This document shows positions 39,828 through 51,740 of a DNA stretch of 64,000 nt, in pieces. A program made the translations under genes and the position numbers. The notes below the pieces were generated by a model that was not told where the DNA came from, searched no databases, and saw nothing but the letters and a program-made list of their open reading frames with translations. The first letter of the stretch is position 1; every line of letters begins with the position of its first letter. Source of the stretch: an uncultured Rikenellaceae bacterium (GTDB lineage: Bacteria; Bacteroidota; Bacteroidia; Bacteroidales; VadinHA17); assembly GCA_964410385.1 (NCBI GenBank), contig CAYPHL010000001.1, positions 5,485-69,484 on the forward strand, in the 5' to 3' direction.

Positions 39828-40601
39828 TTAAATAAAATGATCATACAGCTTCAGTGCTTTATCAAGATCCTCAGGAGTATCTATCCCGAAACTCTCCCAT
39901 TCAGTAACAGCACACCTTATTTTATACGAGTTTTCGATCCATCTGTTCTGCTCAAGTGATTCTGCTTTTTCAAGCGGGCTTCTTGCCAGCTTTGTAATTT
40001 TTTTAAGGATATCGGTCCTGTAGGCGTACATTCCCAGATGTTTATAATAAACATGCTTTTCACTCCATTCGGCAGCCGGCAGATCCCTTACAAAAGGTAT
40101 TGCTGCCCTGCTGAAATATATGGCATTTCCATCAGTATTGAGGATCACTTTCGGCTGGTTAGGATTAAAAATGTCTTCTCCGGGCGAAGTTTTCCTTACA
40201 AGGGTAGCTAGTTCAGTTTCTTTATCTTTGAAACACGATTTCAGAAGATCTATCTGTCCGGGTTTAATAAATGGTTCATCGCCCTGAACATTTATAACCA
40301 CGTCGACATTTACTCCTGTTTCTGCAATTATCTTTCCGACTGCCTCGGCACATCTGTCAGTACCGCTAGGGTGATCGGGGGATGTCATGACAACCTTTCC
40401 TCCAAATTGCCTTACCGCGTCACTGATCCTGTGATCGTCAGTGGCAATGTAAACAAGGTCAACTGATTTCAGGGCCTGTTCATAGACTCTTCTTATCATT
40501 GACTTGTCACCTATCATTGCCAGAGGTTTGCCGGGAAACCTTGTTGATGCGTAACGTGCCGGAATTATGGCTGCGAACTGATATCCAGACTCATTTTTCA
40601 T
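39828..40601 (-). CDS. kdsB: 3-deoxy-manno-octulosonate cytidylyltransferase
   Basis: AIIPARYASTRFPGKPLA… and …VINVQGDEPF… are typical of KdsB. Confidence 0.92.
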   Translation of the reverse strand: MKNESGYQFAAIIPARYASTRFPGKPLAMIGDKSMIRRVYEQALKSVDLVYIATDDHRISDAVRQFGGKVVMTSPDHPSGTDRCAEAVGKIIAETGVNVDVVINVQGDEPFIKPGQIDLLKSCFKDKETELATLVRKTSPGEDIFNPNQPKVILNTDGNAIYFSRAAIPFVRDLPAAEWSEKHVYYKHLGMYAYRTDILKKITKLARSPLEKAESLEQNRWIENSYKIRCAVTEWESFGIDTPEDLDKALKLYDHFI

Positions 40602-40675
40602 GAGGCCAATTTACAAAAATTGCATTTCCCATTGTTTTAAAAATATCTTAAATTCGCACCAACTTCTGACGATTT

Positions 40676-41920
40676 ATGAAAGACCTTCAAAATATAAAGC
40701 AAAGGTTCGGTATTATTGGTAATTATGAGGGACTTAACCGTGCGATTGATATTGCGGTACAGGTTGCTCCGACTGATCTTTCGGTTCTGATAACCGGAGA
40801 AAGCGGTACCGGGAAGGAGGTTTTTCCCCAGGTGATTCACAGTTACAGCGCAAGAAAACATGGACCATATATTGCCGTAAACTGCGGTGCTATTCCTGAA
40901 GGGACTATTGATTCCGAGCTGTTCGGTCACGAAAAGGGGGCCTTTACAGGTGCCACTGACAGCAGAAAAGGTTATTTTGAAGTTGCAGACGGCGGGACGA
41001 TCTTTCTCGATGAGGTGGCTGAATTACCCCTCTCCACCCAGGTACGCCTTCTCAGGGTCCTGGAAACAGGTGAATTTATCAGAGTGGGTTCATCAAAAGT
41101 TCAGAAAACAAATGTAAGGGTAATTGCTGCCAGTAATGTCGATGTTCCCAATGCCATTGATCACGGACGTTTCAGGGAGGATCTGTTTTACAGGCTGAAT
41201 ACTGTTCCTATCCGGGTGCCGTCTCTGAAGGAGAGAGGCGAAGATATAATACTTCTTTTCAGAAAATTCGCTGTCGATTTTGCTGATAAATACAGAATGC
41301 CTGCCATAAGGATCGACGCTGATGCAAGGATTCTACTTCTGAATTACTCCTGGCCGGGAAATGTAAGACAGCTGAAGAATATCACCGAGCAGATCTCAAT
41401 TATCGAAAAGGAACGCGACATCACAGCAGTAACACTGAGATCATATCTTCCGGATTATGAAGGTGTGAAATTACCTGCGATAATCAAAAAGGAAGAGGAA
41501 AAAACATATGCTTCCGAAAGAGAAATACTGTACAAGATCCTTTTTGACATGAAGAGTGACATGAATGATCTGAAAAAGCTTGTATATGATTTCATACAGA
41601 GCGGAGATTCAAATATTACAATTGGAGAAACAAATTCCGGTATTATTAAAAATCTCTTCAGGGATTCAAAGACAGAAAGAGCTACAGCCAAGGTACCGGA
41701 TGCTTCACCGGTCGATTTTACATCCCGCTCAGGACTGGAAGATATCCAGGATACTGAGGAAATAGTTGAGGAATCATTGTCATTGGCTGACAAGGAAGTT
41801 GAAATGATAAGAAAAGCACTCGGGAAATTTAACGGCAAAAGAAAAATGGCGGCTCATGAGCTTGGCATTTCGGAAAGAACCCTTTACAGGAAAATAAAAG
41901 AGTATGGAATTGAAATGTGA
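40676..41920 (+). CDS. Sigma-54-dependent transcriptional activator (AAA+ plus C-terminal Fis-type HTH, no receiver domain)
   Basis: Walker A GESGTGKE, the GAFTGA loop (FGHEKGAFTGA), Walker B IFLDEV, and the C-terminal HTH AAHELGISERTLYRKIKEYGI. Confidence 0.92.
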   Translation: MKDLQNIKQRFGIIGNYEGLNRAIDIAVQVAPTDLSVLITGESGTGKEVFPQVIHSYSARKHGPYIAVNCGAIPEGTIDSELFGHEKGAFTGATDSRKGYFEVADGGTIFLDEVAELPLSTQVRLLRVLETGEFIRVGSSKVQKTNVRVIAASNVDVPNAIDHGRFREDLFYRLNTVPIRVPSLKERGEDIILLFRKFAVDFADKYRMPAIRIDADARILLLNYSWPGNVRQLKNITEQISIIEKERDITAVTLRSYLPDYEGVKLPAIIKKEEEKTYASEREILYKILFDMKSDMNDLKKLVYDFIQSGDSNITIGETNSGIIKNLFRDSKTERATAKVPDASPVDFTSRSGLEDIQDTEEIVEESLSLADKEVEMIRKALGKFNGKRKMAAHELGISERTLYRKIKEYGIEM

Positions 41921-41942
41921 CCAGAGGGGAAGAAATCCTTTA

Positions 41943-42446
41943 ATGATGATCCCGTTCATATTACTGACCGGATATATCCTTCTTCTGAATAGTTGTAAAA
42001 TTTCATATTCCTTTTCCGGGGCCAGCATCTCTCCTGATGTCAAAACAATAAGCATTCAGTATTTTCAGAACAGAGCCAGCCTTGTACAACCCGGTCTGAG
42101 CCAGAATCTGACGGATGCTCTTATAGATAAATGTAAATCACAGACTAACCTGGGATTCGTGAACGGAATAGGCGATGTAAATTTTGAAGGCGAAATTACA
42201 GATTATAATACAAGGCCTCTTACAGTATCAGCAGATGCACAGGCTGCAACAAACAGGTTTACAATAACCGTAAGAGTGAAATTCACCAACGCCATCGATC
42301 CTGACCTGAGCTATGAACAGAGCTTCTCAAGATATGAAGATTACGACAGCGCCTTATCACTTGGTGATGTTGAAGATTCTCTTTCTGAAAAAATCATCGA
42401 GTTGCTGATCGAGGATATTTTTAATAAGGCTTTTGTGAACTGGTAG
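41943..42446 (+). CDS. lptE: LptE-family LPS-assembly lipoprotein (putative)
   Basis: Internal ATG gives a lipoprotein signal MMIPFILLTGYILLLNSC. Size and position (after the sigma-54 activator, before secG) match conserved Bacteroidota synteny. Confidence 0.6.
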   Translation: MMIPFILLTGYILLLNSCKISYSFSGASISPDVKTISIQYFQNRASLVQPGLSQNLTDALIDKCKSQTNLGFVNGIGDVNFEGEITDYNTRPLTVSADAQAATNRFTITVRVKFTNAIDPDLSYEQSFSRYEDYDSALSLGDVEDSLSEKIIELLIEDIFNKAFVNW

Positions 42447-42451
42447 ATAAG

Positions 42452-43384
42452 ATGAACAGGACAGACTTTTTAAAGCTTATCGAAGGTCAGGGCCCCGGTA
42501 ACCATACCGAGCTCGGTGAATTGAGCTCTCTCATCAGCGTTTTTCCATATTTCCAGAGTGCCTATATGCTTCTCCTGAAAGGAATGAAAAACACCGGTGA
42601 TGTAAAGTTCGAAAACCAGCTAAGGAATTCGGCTATGAGAATAGCCAGCCGTGAAGTATTATATTATTATCTTCAGAAAGAACCGGAACCAGCAGCCCGG
42701 ATTCCTGATAAAGAAGTTGATCCGGCAGTTACTCCGGAAAATATACATAAGGAGGATGACGGGACAGATACACAGCAGGTTGTCATTGAGACTGCAAAGA
42801 ACAGTGCTGACTTTATACACGAGATCGAAAAAGAGGAGGGAATCCCCGAATCTGAAAATAAACCTCAGGGTTATTCTATTGTGATAACTGCCGAATCGGG
42901 GGATAAGGAATCGGATGCTTCGATTATTGTTATAAATGAAGAATCGGGAGAGATTGAAGAACGAATCGTATATATGGATCCGGGATTCTCTGTACCCGAA
43001 AAAGAAGACCTTCTTGAGCTGGATACCGAACCTGACAAAATTTCTGAATTTCCGGAATCGGACGCTAGCGGGATGGAAGAGGATATTCCTGAACCTTTGT
43101 CAGCAAAGCAGGTTCAGGCTGAGCTAATAGACAGGTTTATTATTGCAAATCCGCGGATCGAGCCTGTAAAGGAAAAGACCGACAACCCGGTAATAGATAT
43201 ATCCAAACCATTCACAGAACCGAGGGAAGAGTTCTTAACTGAAACTCTTGCAAGGATATATGTTAAACAGGGATACTTTTCGAAGGCAATTGATATTTAT
43301 GAAAGATTAAGTTTGAAATATCCGGAAAAAAGCAGTTACTTTGCATCTCTAATTTTGGAAGTGAGGGAACACATAAAAAAATAA
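42452..43384 (+). CDS. Hypothetical protein with acidic middle region and TPR-like C-terminus
   Basis: 310 aa. The C-terminus LARIYVKQGYFSKAIDIYERLSLKYPEKSSYFA is TPR-like; the centre is strongly acidic. Confidence 0.5.
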   Translation: MNRTDFLKLIEGQGPGNHTELGELSSLISVFPYFQSAYMLLLKGMKNTGDVKFENQLRNSAMRIASREVLYYYLQKEPEPAARIPDKEVDPAVTPENIHKEDDGTDTQQVVIETAKNSADFIHEIEKEEGIPESENKPQGYSIVITAESGDKESDASIIVINEESGEIEERIVYMDPGFSVPEKEDLLELDTEPDKISEFPESDASGMEEDIPEPLSAKQVQAELIDRFIIANPRIEPVKEKTDNPVIDISKPFTEPREEFLTETLARIYVKQGYFSKAIDIYERLSLKYPEKSSYFASLILEVREHIKK

Positions 43385-43388
43385 GGGA

Positions 43389-43763
43389 ATGGGAATATAC
43401 ATTTTCATAACAGTTTTGATATTAGTAGCCTGTATTCTTCAGGTATTGATAGTATTGGTCCAGAATTCAAAAGGAGGGGGGCTTGCTGCCAATTTTACAT
43501 CCACAGGTCAGACAATGGGTGTAAGAAAAACTGCCGATTTCCTTGAAAAATCGACATGGACACTTGCTGCAGCAATTCTGATACTTTGTGTCGTTGCAAC
43601 TGCAACAATTCCCCGTGGCGGTGAAACACAGCAATCAAGGATAAGCACCCAGATTAACAATGCTGTTGATCCCAATGCTATTCCTACATTACCGACTGCT
43701 GTTCCTCCGGCTTCGACCACTACAACACCTCCGGCAGGAGGCGAAGACCAGCCACAGAATTAA
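43389..43763 (+). CDS. secG: Preprotein translocase subunit SecG
   Basis: Two TM helices with VLIVLVQNSKGGGL between them, and a Pro/Thr-rich tail. Confidence 0.85.
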   Translation: MGIYIFITVLILVACILQVLIVLVQNSKGGGLAANFTSTGQTMGVRKTADFLEKSTWTLAAAILILCVVATATIPRGGETQQSRISTQINNAVDPNAIPTLPTAVPPASTTTTPPAGGEDQPQN

Positions 43764-43791
43764 TTTTTATATTAAATATGATATTCTGAAG

Positions 43792-43820
43792 TGTCAGTTT
43801 GTCACAAACTGACATTTTTT
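43792..43820 (+). terminator. Rho-independent terminator after secG
   Basis: TGTCAGTTTG-tca-CAAACTGACA (perfect 10-bp stem) followed by TTTTTT. Confidence 0.85.
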
Positions 43821-43847
43821 ATTTCAAAAATGACATATTTGGCTATT

Positions 43848-43863
43848 TGGCATAAATTATGCT
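43848..43863 (+). promoter_or_regulatory. Candidate sigma-54 (-24/-12) promoter upstream of groES
   Basis: TGGCATaaattATGCT versus consensus TGGCAC-N5-TTGCW. The GG and GC dinucleotides have the correct spacing. Lies 49 nt upstream of the groES ATG. Confidence 0.35.
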
Positions 43864-43911
43864 CACAGAGACGTCAGTAAAACAATATTTAACTTTAAAA
43901 CTATTGATAAC

Positions 43912-44190
43912 ATGGCACAACTAAAAGGAAAGATTCTGGCAGGAAAGGTTCTTGTTAAACCGAATGAAGCTGAAGCTAAAACTGCCAGCGGGATAATTAT
44001 TCCGGATTCAGCAAAGGAAAAACCTCGCCAGGGAAAAGTTGTTCTCGCGGGTGCAGCAAAGAAAGATGAGGAGATGGAAGTGAAAAAAGGTGACGAAGTC
44101 CTCTATGGTAAATATTCCGGTCAGGAACTTACAATTGATGGGGAAGACTATCTGCTTATCTCACAGTCAGATATTCTTTTTATAATGTAA
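43912..44190 (+). CDS. groES: Co-chaperonin GroES
   Basis: 92 aa (…VLVKPNEAEAKTASGIIIPDSAKEKP…GDEVLYGKYSG…). Confidence 0.95.
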   Translation: MAQLKGKILAGKVLVKPNEAEAKTASGIIIPDSAKEKPRQGKVVLAGAAKKDEEMEVKKGDEVLYGKYSGQELTIDGEDYLLISQSDILFIM

Positions 44191-44213
44191 TTCAGAAACC
44201 AATAAATCAATAA

Positions 44214-45851
<1,638 letters not shown>

Positions 45852-45881
45852 TACCAACATCAACATATAATTAATTACTTC

Positions 45882-45918
45882 AGGGGCGTTGTATTCAACG
45901 CCCCTACTTATTATATTT
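45882..45918 (+). terminator. Rho-independent terminator after groEL
   Basis: AGGGGCGTTG-tatt-CAACGCCCCT (10-bp stem) followed by a T-rich tract. Confidence 0.75.
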
Positions 45919-45945
45919 GCACCTGATTTAGAACCTGCAATCCTG

Positions 45946-47733
45946 ATGGATAATATCCGAAACTTCTGTATAATAGCACATATCGACCACGGTAAAAGCA
46001 CTCTGGCAGACCGTCTCCTTGAAAAGACCAACACTGTAAGCGAGAGAGATTTCCAGGATCAGGTTCTTGATAACATGGATCTTGAAAGGGAAAGAGGGAT
46101 CACGATCAAGAGTCATGCTATACAGATGGAATATACTTATGAAGGGAAAAAATACCTGCTGAACCTTATCGACACCCCCGGGCATGTCGATTTTTCATAT
46201 GAGGTTTCACGATCCATAGCATCCTGTGAGGGTGCCCTTCTTGTGATCGATGCCACACAGGGAATACAAGCCCAGACAATTTCAAACCTGTACATGGCCA
46301 TCGATCATAACCTCGAGATTATTCCCGTGCTGAACAAGATGGATATGGCAAGCGCCATGCCTGAGGAAGTTAAAGACCAGATAGTTGATCTTACCGGATG
46401 CAAAAGGGAGGATATAATTGAGGCCAGTGCAAGAACCGGAATGGGTGTTGACAGAATACTTAGTGATATTGTCAGGCTTATCCCGCCTCCGAAGGGTGAT
46501 CCGGAAGCTCCTCTTCAGGCCCTTATCTTCGACTCGATATTCAATTCTTTCAGGGGGATCATAGTATATTTCAAGATCGTAAACGGAACCCTGCGAAGGG
46601 GAGACAGGGTTAAATTTGTAAGCACCGATCATGAATATAATGCCGATGAGATCGGCGTACTGAAATTCAAGCAGGATCCGCGTGATGTTATGGGTCCGGG
46701 AAGTGTAGGTTATATTATATCCGGCGTAAAGAATTCTGCTGAAGTCAGGGTTGGAGATACAATTACTCAGGTAAAGAATCCGTGTGACAAGGCAATTGAA
46801 GGTTTCGAGGAAGTAAAACCGATGGTTTTTGCCGGAATGTACCCGGTTGACGCTGATGAATACGAAGATCTGAGGAGCTCAATCGAAAAGCTTCAGCTCA
46901 ACGATGCTTCCCTTACTTTCGTACCGGAATCCTCTGCAGCACTCGGGTTCGGATTCAGATGCGGATTCCTCGGATTGCTTCATATGGAAATAGTCCAGGA
47001 ACGCCTTGACCGCGAATTTAACATGGACGTTATTACAACAGTTCCCAATGTATCATTCAGGGTTCTTACAACAAAGGGAGAGGAGATAGATGTTCATAAT
47101 CCTTCAGGCTTGCCTCCTGTAACAAACATTGAAATTATCGAGGAACCATATATTGTTGCACAGGTGATCACACAGGCAGATTTTACCGGGGCAATAATGA
47201 ATCTTTGTATTGACAAGAGAGGTACTCTGAAAAATCAGGTATATCTTACCCGTGACAGGGTTGAACTGACTTTTGAAATGCCTCTTTCCGAGATCGTATT
47301 TGATTTCTATGACAAGCTCAAGAGTATTTCGAAGGGATATGCATCATTCGATTATTATTACAGCGGCTATCAGAAAGCTGATCTTGTTCGGCTTGACATA
47401 CTTCTTAACGGGGAAATGGTAGATGCATTGTCAACACTTATTTACCGTGGTCATGCCTATGATTTCGGCCGTAAAATGTGTGTGAAGCTGAAGGAACTGA
47501 TCCCGCGGCAGCAATTTGAAATTGCAATACAGGCAGCAATAGGGGCAAAGATAATTGCCCGTGAAACTGTGAAAGCTGTACGAAAAGATGTTACAGCCAA
47601 ATGCTATGGCGGCGACATCACTAGAAAAAGGAAGCTTCTTGAAAAACAGAAGAAGGGAAAGAAGAGAATGAGGCAGATCGGGAATGTAGAGGTACCACAA
47701 CAGGCATTCCTGGCTGTTCTGAAGCTGGACTGA
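45946..47733 (+). CDS. lepA: Translation elongation factor 4
   Basis: Internal ATG at 45946 ([24 protein letters not shown]); the track extension overlaps the groEL terminator. DTPGH and NKMD GTPase motifs. Confidence 0.95.
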   Translation: MDNIRNFCIIAHIDHGKSTLADRLLEKTNTVSERDFQDQVLDNMDLERERGITIKSHAIQMEYTYEGKKYLLNLIDTPGHVDFSYEVSRSIASCEGALLVIDATQGIQAQTISNLYMAIDHNLEIIPVLNKMDMASAMPEEVKDQIVDLTGCKREDIIEASARTGMGVDRILSDIVRLIPPPKGDPEAPLQALIFDSIFNSFRGIIVYFKIVNGTLRRGDRVKFVSTDHEYNADEIGVLKFKQDPRDVMGPGSVGYIISGVKNSAEVRVGDTITQVKNPCDKAIEGFEEVKPMVFAGMYPVDADEYEDLRSSIEKLQLNDASLTFVPESSAALGFGFRCGFLGLLHMEIVQERLDREFNMDVITTVPNVSFRVLTTKGEEIDVHNPSGLPPVTNIEIIEEPYIVAQVITQADFTGAIMNLCIDKRGTLKNQVYLTRDRVELTFEMPLSEIVFDFYDKLKSISKGYASFDYYYSGYQKADLVRLDILLNGEMVDALSTLIYRGHAYDFGRKMCVKLKELIPRQQFEIAIQAAIGAKIIARETVKAVRKDVTAKCYGGDITRKRKLLEKQKKGKKRMRQIGNVEVPQQAFLAVLKLD

Positions 47734-47877
47734 CACTATTATTAATCAGCCTGTGATTAAAAAAATCTATTATTTGTTGAGGATTGCGGATTTTTATAAA
47801 AAATTGTTAAATTAGCTGCCGGATAAACAGTGGATAAATAAGATATATTAATCCTTTTATCTAACCGTAACCGAATA

Positions 47878-47904
47878 CCCTGATCGGACAGATCAGGGTT
47901 TTTT
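47878..47904 (+). terminator. Rho-independent terminator downstream of lepA
   Basis: CCCTGATC-ggaca-GATCAGGG followed by TTTTTT. Confidence 0.75.
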
Positions 47905-47905
47905 A

Positions 47906-48592
47906 TCAGCATATCAGCTTGTACCCTTTGCCATGGACATTGAGGATCCTTACTTCAGGGTCCTTCCTGAGATATTTTCTGAGTCTTGTAATATAGACAT
48001 CCATACTGCGGGCATTGAAATAATTATCGTCAATCCAGATTGACTTGAGTGCAAAATTCCGTTCGAGTATATCTCTTCCATACCTGCACAGCAGTTCAAG
48101 AAGCTCGGATTCTTTTGTTGTTAGCCTGGTTTCCTGACCTTCGATTATGAGAAGCTGCCTCATCGTATCAAATGTATAGTTGCCGATTGTATAGATATCC
48201 TGTTTACCCGGGGCAGCGGCCGGTACACTTCTCTTGAGGACTGCCTGGATCCTGTAAAGGAGCTCTTCCATTGAAAATGGTTTTGTAATGTAGTCGTCGG
48301 CTCCGGATCGAAATCCTTCAAGAACATCTTCTTTCTGACTTTTGGCAGTAAGGAAAATCAGAGGTATATCCGGTTTTATCCTCCTCATTTCACGTGCCAG
48401 TGTGATCCCGTCCATTTCAGGCATCATAATGTCGAGAATACAGAGGTCAAAACTCTCTTTTATGAAAGCTTCCAATGCCTGAATGCCATTCACGAACAGT
48501 ATCGTGTCGTATTTCTTTACCGTGAGATAGTTCTTTAACAGATTTCCTAGGTTACTATCGTCTTCTGCCAGTAGGATTTTTGTGCTTTTCAT
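47906..48592 (-). CDS. Response regulator, OmpR/PhoB family (receiver plus winged helix)
   Basis: Receiver domain (ILLAEDD…LCILDIMMPEMDG…LTAK) and a C-terminal trans_reg_C domain (…LTTKESELLELL…VYITRLRKYL). Confidence 0.93.
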   Translation of the reverse strand: MKSTKILLAEDDSNLGNLLKNYLTVKKYDTILFVNGIQALEAFIKESFDLCILDIMMPEMDGITLAREMRRIKPDIPLIFLTAKSQKEDVLEGFRSGADDYITKPFSMEELLYRIQAVLKRSVPAAAPGKQDIYTIGNYTFDTMRQLLIIEGQETRLTTKESELLELLCRYGRDILERNFALKSIWIDDNYFNARSMDVYITRLRKYLRKDPEVRILNVHGKGYKLIC

Positions 48593-50145
48593 CTTCTCCC
48601 GTTTTGAGGAATAAAAATAGTAAATCTGGTGCCTTTATTGAGATGGCTTTCAGCCTTAATGGTGCCGTTATGTTCGTCAATTACTTTCTTTACATAACTT
48701 AAACCCAGACCGAAGCCTTTTACATTATGTACATTACCCGAATGGACACGATAAAACTTATCGTAAATCCTGTTCAGGTCTTCCTTGCTTATGCCGATCC
48801 CTTTATCTTCAATAACAATTATTATACCCTTCCGGTTGTTTTTTGTTGCGATTGTAATATCGGGCTGACCTTTTGAATATTTGATGGCATTATCAATCAG
48901 ATTCGATAATGCATTCTTAAAATGGATTTCGTCAATCATTACTGATTCTGACGCTGCCTTGAAATCAGTATCGATCCTGCCGTTCGAACTTCTGATCTGC
49001 AGCTTATAATTATCTATTACATCCAGAAGCACTTTATTAAGATCGAGAGAGACGAAATTAAGTTTCATTTTTGCCTTTTCGAAGATCGCCATCTGAAGTA
49101 CTTTCTCGACCTGGAATTTGAGTCTCATGCTCTCATCCGAAATCACCTTCGCGAGAGAGTTAATATTCTTGCTGGCATCAGAAACCGATTTATCAGCCAG
49201 AAGCTGGGATGCAAGAGAAATTGTGGAGATGGGTGTCTTCAGTTCATGGGTCATATTGTTTATAAAGTCATTCCTTATTTCCGATAATTTCTTTTGCCGG
49301 AAAATTACCATGAACGTTCCGGCCGAGAGTAAAAGGAGTAACGATGCGAAGAGGGTTGAAAGAATGGCAAGATTGCCAATTTTCCCAAATTTATAATGCT
49401 GTTCCTGAAGGCAATACATAACAAGCTGATTCTGGCTGGGTACTGGATCGTTCGGGAACAGCTGGATTATGAATTTGTTTGTCCCGGGTGCGTCTGTAAA
49501 TCCTGCAGTTTTCCATATCTGTCCGTAACGGCCGGAACGTATCGAATATTCAAACTCAAGATCAATACCTGCATTTGTGAGCGCCTTGCGAAGCATAGGC
49601 TTAAGATCAGCGGGATTGATTCTCTCCCTTATATCGGGTGTGTTGTAAAGGATCTTGTCCATTATGTTTTCGAGAACCACGATCTTGTTTGATACCCGTC
49701 CGCTTAGTTCTGCATTTATTGCCTGCTGTGATGTTTCATATGATTCATCGGCCGGATAATCCGATACATTCTCCTCGGAAATGAAGATCTTTTGTCCTGA
49801 TCCGGTAATGGCAACCGGTTCTTCCGGATTGTTAAGGCCATAAATCTCCAGTAACTTGGAATTAGGCTGATATCCTCTTAATTTCCTTGCAAGAGGAGAG
49901 TCTCTTGGGACAATAGCCGTTACTGAATCGGCCGATACAGGATCAATCTCCTCCATGATCAGGTTAATAAGTTCATTTTCTTCAAGATCAATTATTACAG
50001 ATTCGAGGGCTTTGTTTGCAAGCATCCTGAATTCCTGATCGGTAATCCCGATTGCATTACGGATCCAGTATACCTGAATAAGGATCAGTCCTGACAGCGT
50101 CAGAAAGAATAAAAGAGCCAGTAATACAATCGTACTTTTTTTCAT
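48589..50145 (-). CDS. Sensor histidine kinase
   Basis: Two TM helices flank a ~230-aa periplasmic region. H-box FINNMTHELKTP, N-box LIDNAIKY, G-boxes DKGIGI and GFGLGLS. ATGA overlap with the response regulator. Confidence 0.93.
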   Translation of the reverse strand: MKKSTIVLLALLFFLTLSGLILIQVYWIRNAIGITDQEFRMLANKALESVIIDLEENELINLIMEEIDPVSADSVTAIVPRDSPLARKLRGYQPNSKLLEIYGLNNPEEPVAITGSGQKIFISEENVSDYPADESYETSQQAINAELSGRVSNKIVVLENIMDKILYNTPDIRERINPADLKPMLRKALTNAGIDLEFEYSIRSGRYGQIWKTAGFTDAPGTNKFIIQLFPNDPVPSQNQLVMYCLQEQHYKFGKIGNLAILSTLFASLLLLLSAGTFMVIFRQKKLSEIRNDFINNMTHELKTPISTISLASQLLADKSVSDASKNINSLAKVISDESMRLKFQVEKVLQMAIFEKAKMKLNFVSLDLNKVLLDVIDNYKLQIRSSNGRIDTDFKAASESVMIDEIHFKNALSNLIDNAIKYSKGQPDITIATKNNRKGIIIVIEDKGIGISKEDLNRIYDKFYRVHSGNVHNVKGFGLGLSYVKKVIDEHNGTIKAESHLNKGTRFTIFIPQNGRR

Positions 50146-50397
50146 ATAGTTGCAAAAGTACTACTATATATAAATTATGTTAAGACTCTTTAACTTTCTT
50201 TAACAACATTACATATAGTCTGAACGTTTATATGAACAATACCCGGTCTGAAAGGTTAAGAAATTTAACTATTAATTAAATTATTGTTAATCTTAATATC
50301 AGTATAAATAAAAATTTGGTTATATTAATTGCATGTAATATCTTTGTACAGGATTTGGCACGAAATTTGAAATACAAAATATAGAGGTTTTTTTCAT

Positions 50398-50420
50398 AGG
50401 TTAGGTTAGTTTTAGGGTTA
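50398..50420. repeat. Pentamer repeat (GGTTA/TTAGG-type; complement of TAACC)
   Basis: aggttaggttagttttagggtta, directly adjacent to the terminator hairpin. Confidence 0.7.
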
Positions 50421-50422
50421 TC

Positions 50423-50465
50423 AAAAAGTGAGCCGTCTCCGCCCGGAGGCGGCTCTTCTTATTTA
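50423..50465 (-). terminator. Rho-independent (bidirectional-looking) terminator downstream of the acpP-fabF-rnc-IPExxxVDY transcription unit
   Basis: GAGCCGTCTCCG / CGGAGGCGGCTC stem of ~11 bp (one G-U pair). On the minus strand it is followed by CTTTTTG. Confidence 0.75.
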
Positions 50466-50511
50466 TTAATGCTTCTGATATTACTGATTTCCCGGCAGGA
50501 GACCTTACAGT

Positions 50512-50952
50512 TTAGTGAATGAGAAATCCCGAATTCCTGTCCTTTAAAATTTCTGTTCCTATCTTAAATACTGCCGTGATGCATTCAATATTCCTGAGAA
50601 GAGATATGATCCTGCCTGTATCAGATTCAATGTCAATATTATGGATATGGAGGAAATAATCCATGTTTTTCATTTTCCTTATCAGATAATGTTTCCCCGA
50701 ACGGTTAGAGGTGAGGTCATATACAGGTTCAGAGGGATCCGATGAGCTTGAAAATCTGCTGAAGATCAGTTCCTCGTTATTTTCATCCTTAAGTATTACA
50801 GGAAGATTGCTTTTCAGGGAAATGCCTAATTTCCTGTTAAGTGCTATCGATATCTTATAATCAGGTTCTGCTGCAACTATGCCGAAAAGTATTGCTTCGG
50901 CATTTTCACCGATATTGAGGGTAACCTTTTTTATTTTGGGTGAGGACTTCAT
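50512..50952 (-). CDS. IPExxxVDY family protein (Bacteroidota-specific, unknown function)
   Basis: 146 aa just downstream of rnc, as in other Bacteroidota. Has a degenerate motif LIRKMKNMDYFL and N-terminal FGIVAAEPDYKISIALNRKL. Confidence 0.55.
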   Translation of the reverse strand: MKSSPKIKKVTLNIGENAEAILFGIVAAEPDYKISIALNRKLGISLKSNLPVILKDENNEELIFSRFSSSSDPSEPVYDLTSNRSGKHYLIRKMKNMDYFLHIHNIDIESDTGRIISLLRNIECITAVFKIGTEILKDRNSGFLIH

Positions 50953-50994
50953 TTTACCTTTCCCGGCTTCATAAAGGTAGGAAAAATTAAAATA

Positions 50995-51735
50995 TTAACC
51001 GGGCTGGTCCTGAATATCCCTTATTTTTTTCCATGCTTTGCAGGATGCTTCCTGTTCGGCTTCTTTCTTTGCAGATCCGTTGCCCTTGCCATATTCCTCT
51101 TTATTTATATAGAGTGTGGAAGTGAAAAACGACTTTTTCAGATTGAAATCGTATTCTTCATTATATGTGAATGTAAGCTGTAATTTATTTTTCTGTACCC
51201 ATTCAAAAACAAGGCTTTTGTAATCTGTATCAGTTTTAATAATATTATCCAGATCAAGATACTTATTGAAAATATTCTTTATGAACAGCTTTTCAGTTTT
51301 TCTGAATCCCTTGTCGAGGAATATCGATCCTATTAATGCCTCGAAGGCGTCTCCGCAAAGGTTTTTGGCATTTTGGACAGAGTTTACATTACTTATAAGA
51401 AGCTTGTCAATTCCCATAGAGACGGCAAGCTGGTTGAGGACATCCCTGTTTACAGTACGGGACCGGATTTTTGTAAGGAATCCTTCACTGGCTTCCGGGA
51501 ATTTCCTGAAAAGATAATCGGATAATATTGTATCGAGAACTGCATCTCCGAGATACTCAAGCCTTTCGTTATTAATTCTGTTACCGTCGGGCATTGTATA
51601 GGATGCAGAGCGGTGAATAAATGCTGCTTCATACAGTTGCAGGTTACCCGGCCTGAATCCCAGTATTTTTTTCAGGTGTGATCTGAACTCCCTTTTATTA
51701 AGCAGATAGGTGCCGTTAGATCTGATGGAGAGCAA
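50995..51735 (-). CDS. rnc: Ribonuclease III
   Basis: Signature NERLEYLGDAVLD and a C-terminal dsRBD (…GKGNGSAKKEAEQEASCKAW). Apparent TTG start. Confidence 0.93.
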   Translation of the reverse strand: MLSIRSNGTYLLNKREFRSHLKKILGFRPGNLQLYEAAFIHRSASYTMPDGNRINNERLEYLGDAVLDTILSDYLFRKFPEASEGFLTKIRSRTVNRDVLNQLAVSMGIDKLLISNVNSVQNAKNLCGDAFEALIGSIFLDKGFRKTEKLFIKNIFNKYLDLDNIIKTDTDYKSLVFEWVQKNKLQLTFTYNEEYDFNLKKSFFTSTLYINKEEYGKGNGSAKKEAEQEASCKAWKKIRDIQDQPG

Positions 51736-51740
51736 GAATC

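Noticed and set aside
47745-47763. Hairpin TTAATCA-gcctg-TGATTAA just after the lepA stop
   Set aside because: The AT-only 7-bp stem is followed by an A-run rather than a T-run on the plus strand, and has no U-tail on the minus strand. The stronger GC hairpin with T6 at 47878-47904 is the credible terminator.
50356-50370. Sigma-54-like motif TGGCACgaaatTTGA followed ~60 nt later by a hairpin, a possible small RNA
   Set aside because: The invariant -12 GC is GA here, and no downstream plus-strand gene exists. The hairpin is better explained as the terminator of the minus-strand acpP-fabF-rnc unit. The evidence is too weak to call an sRNA.
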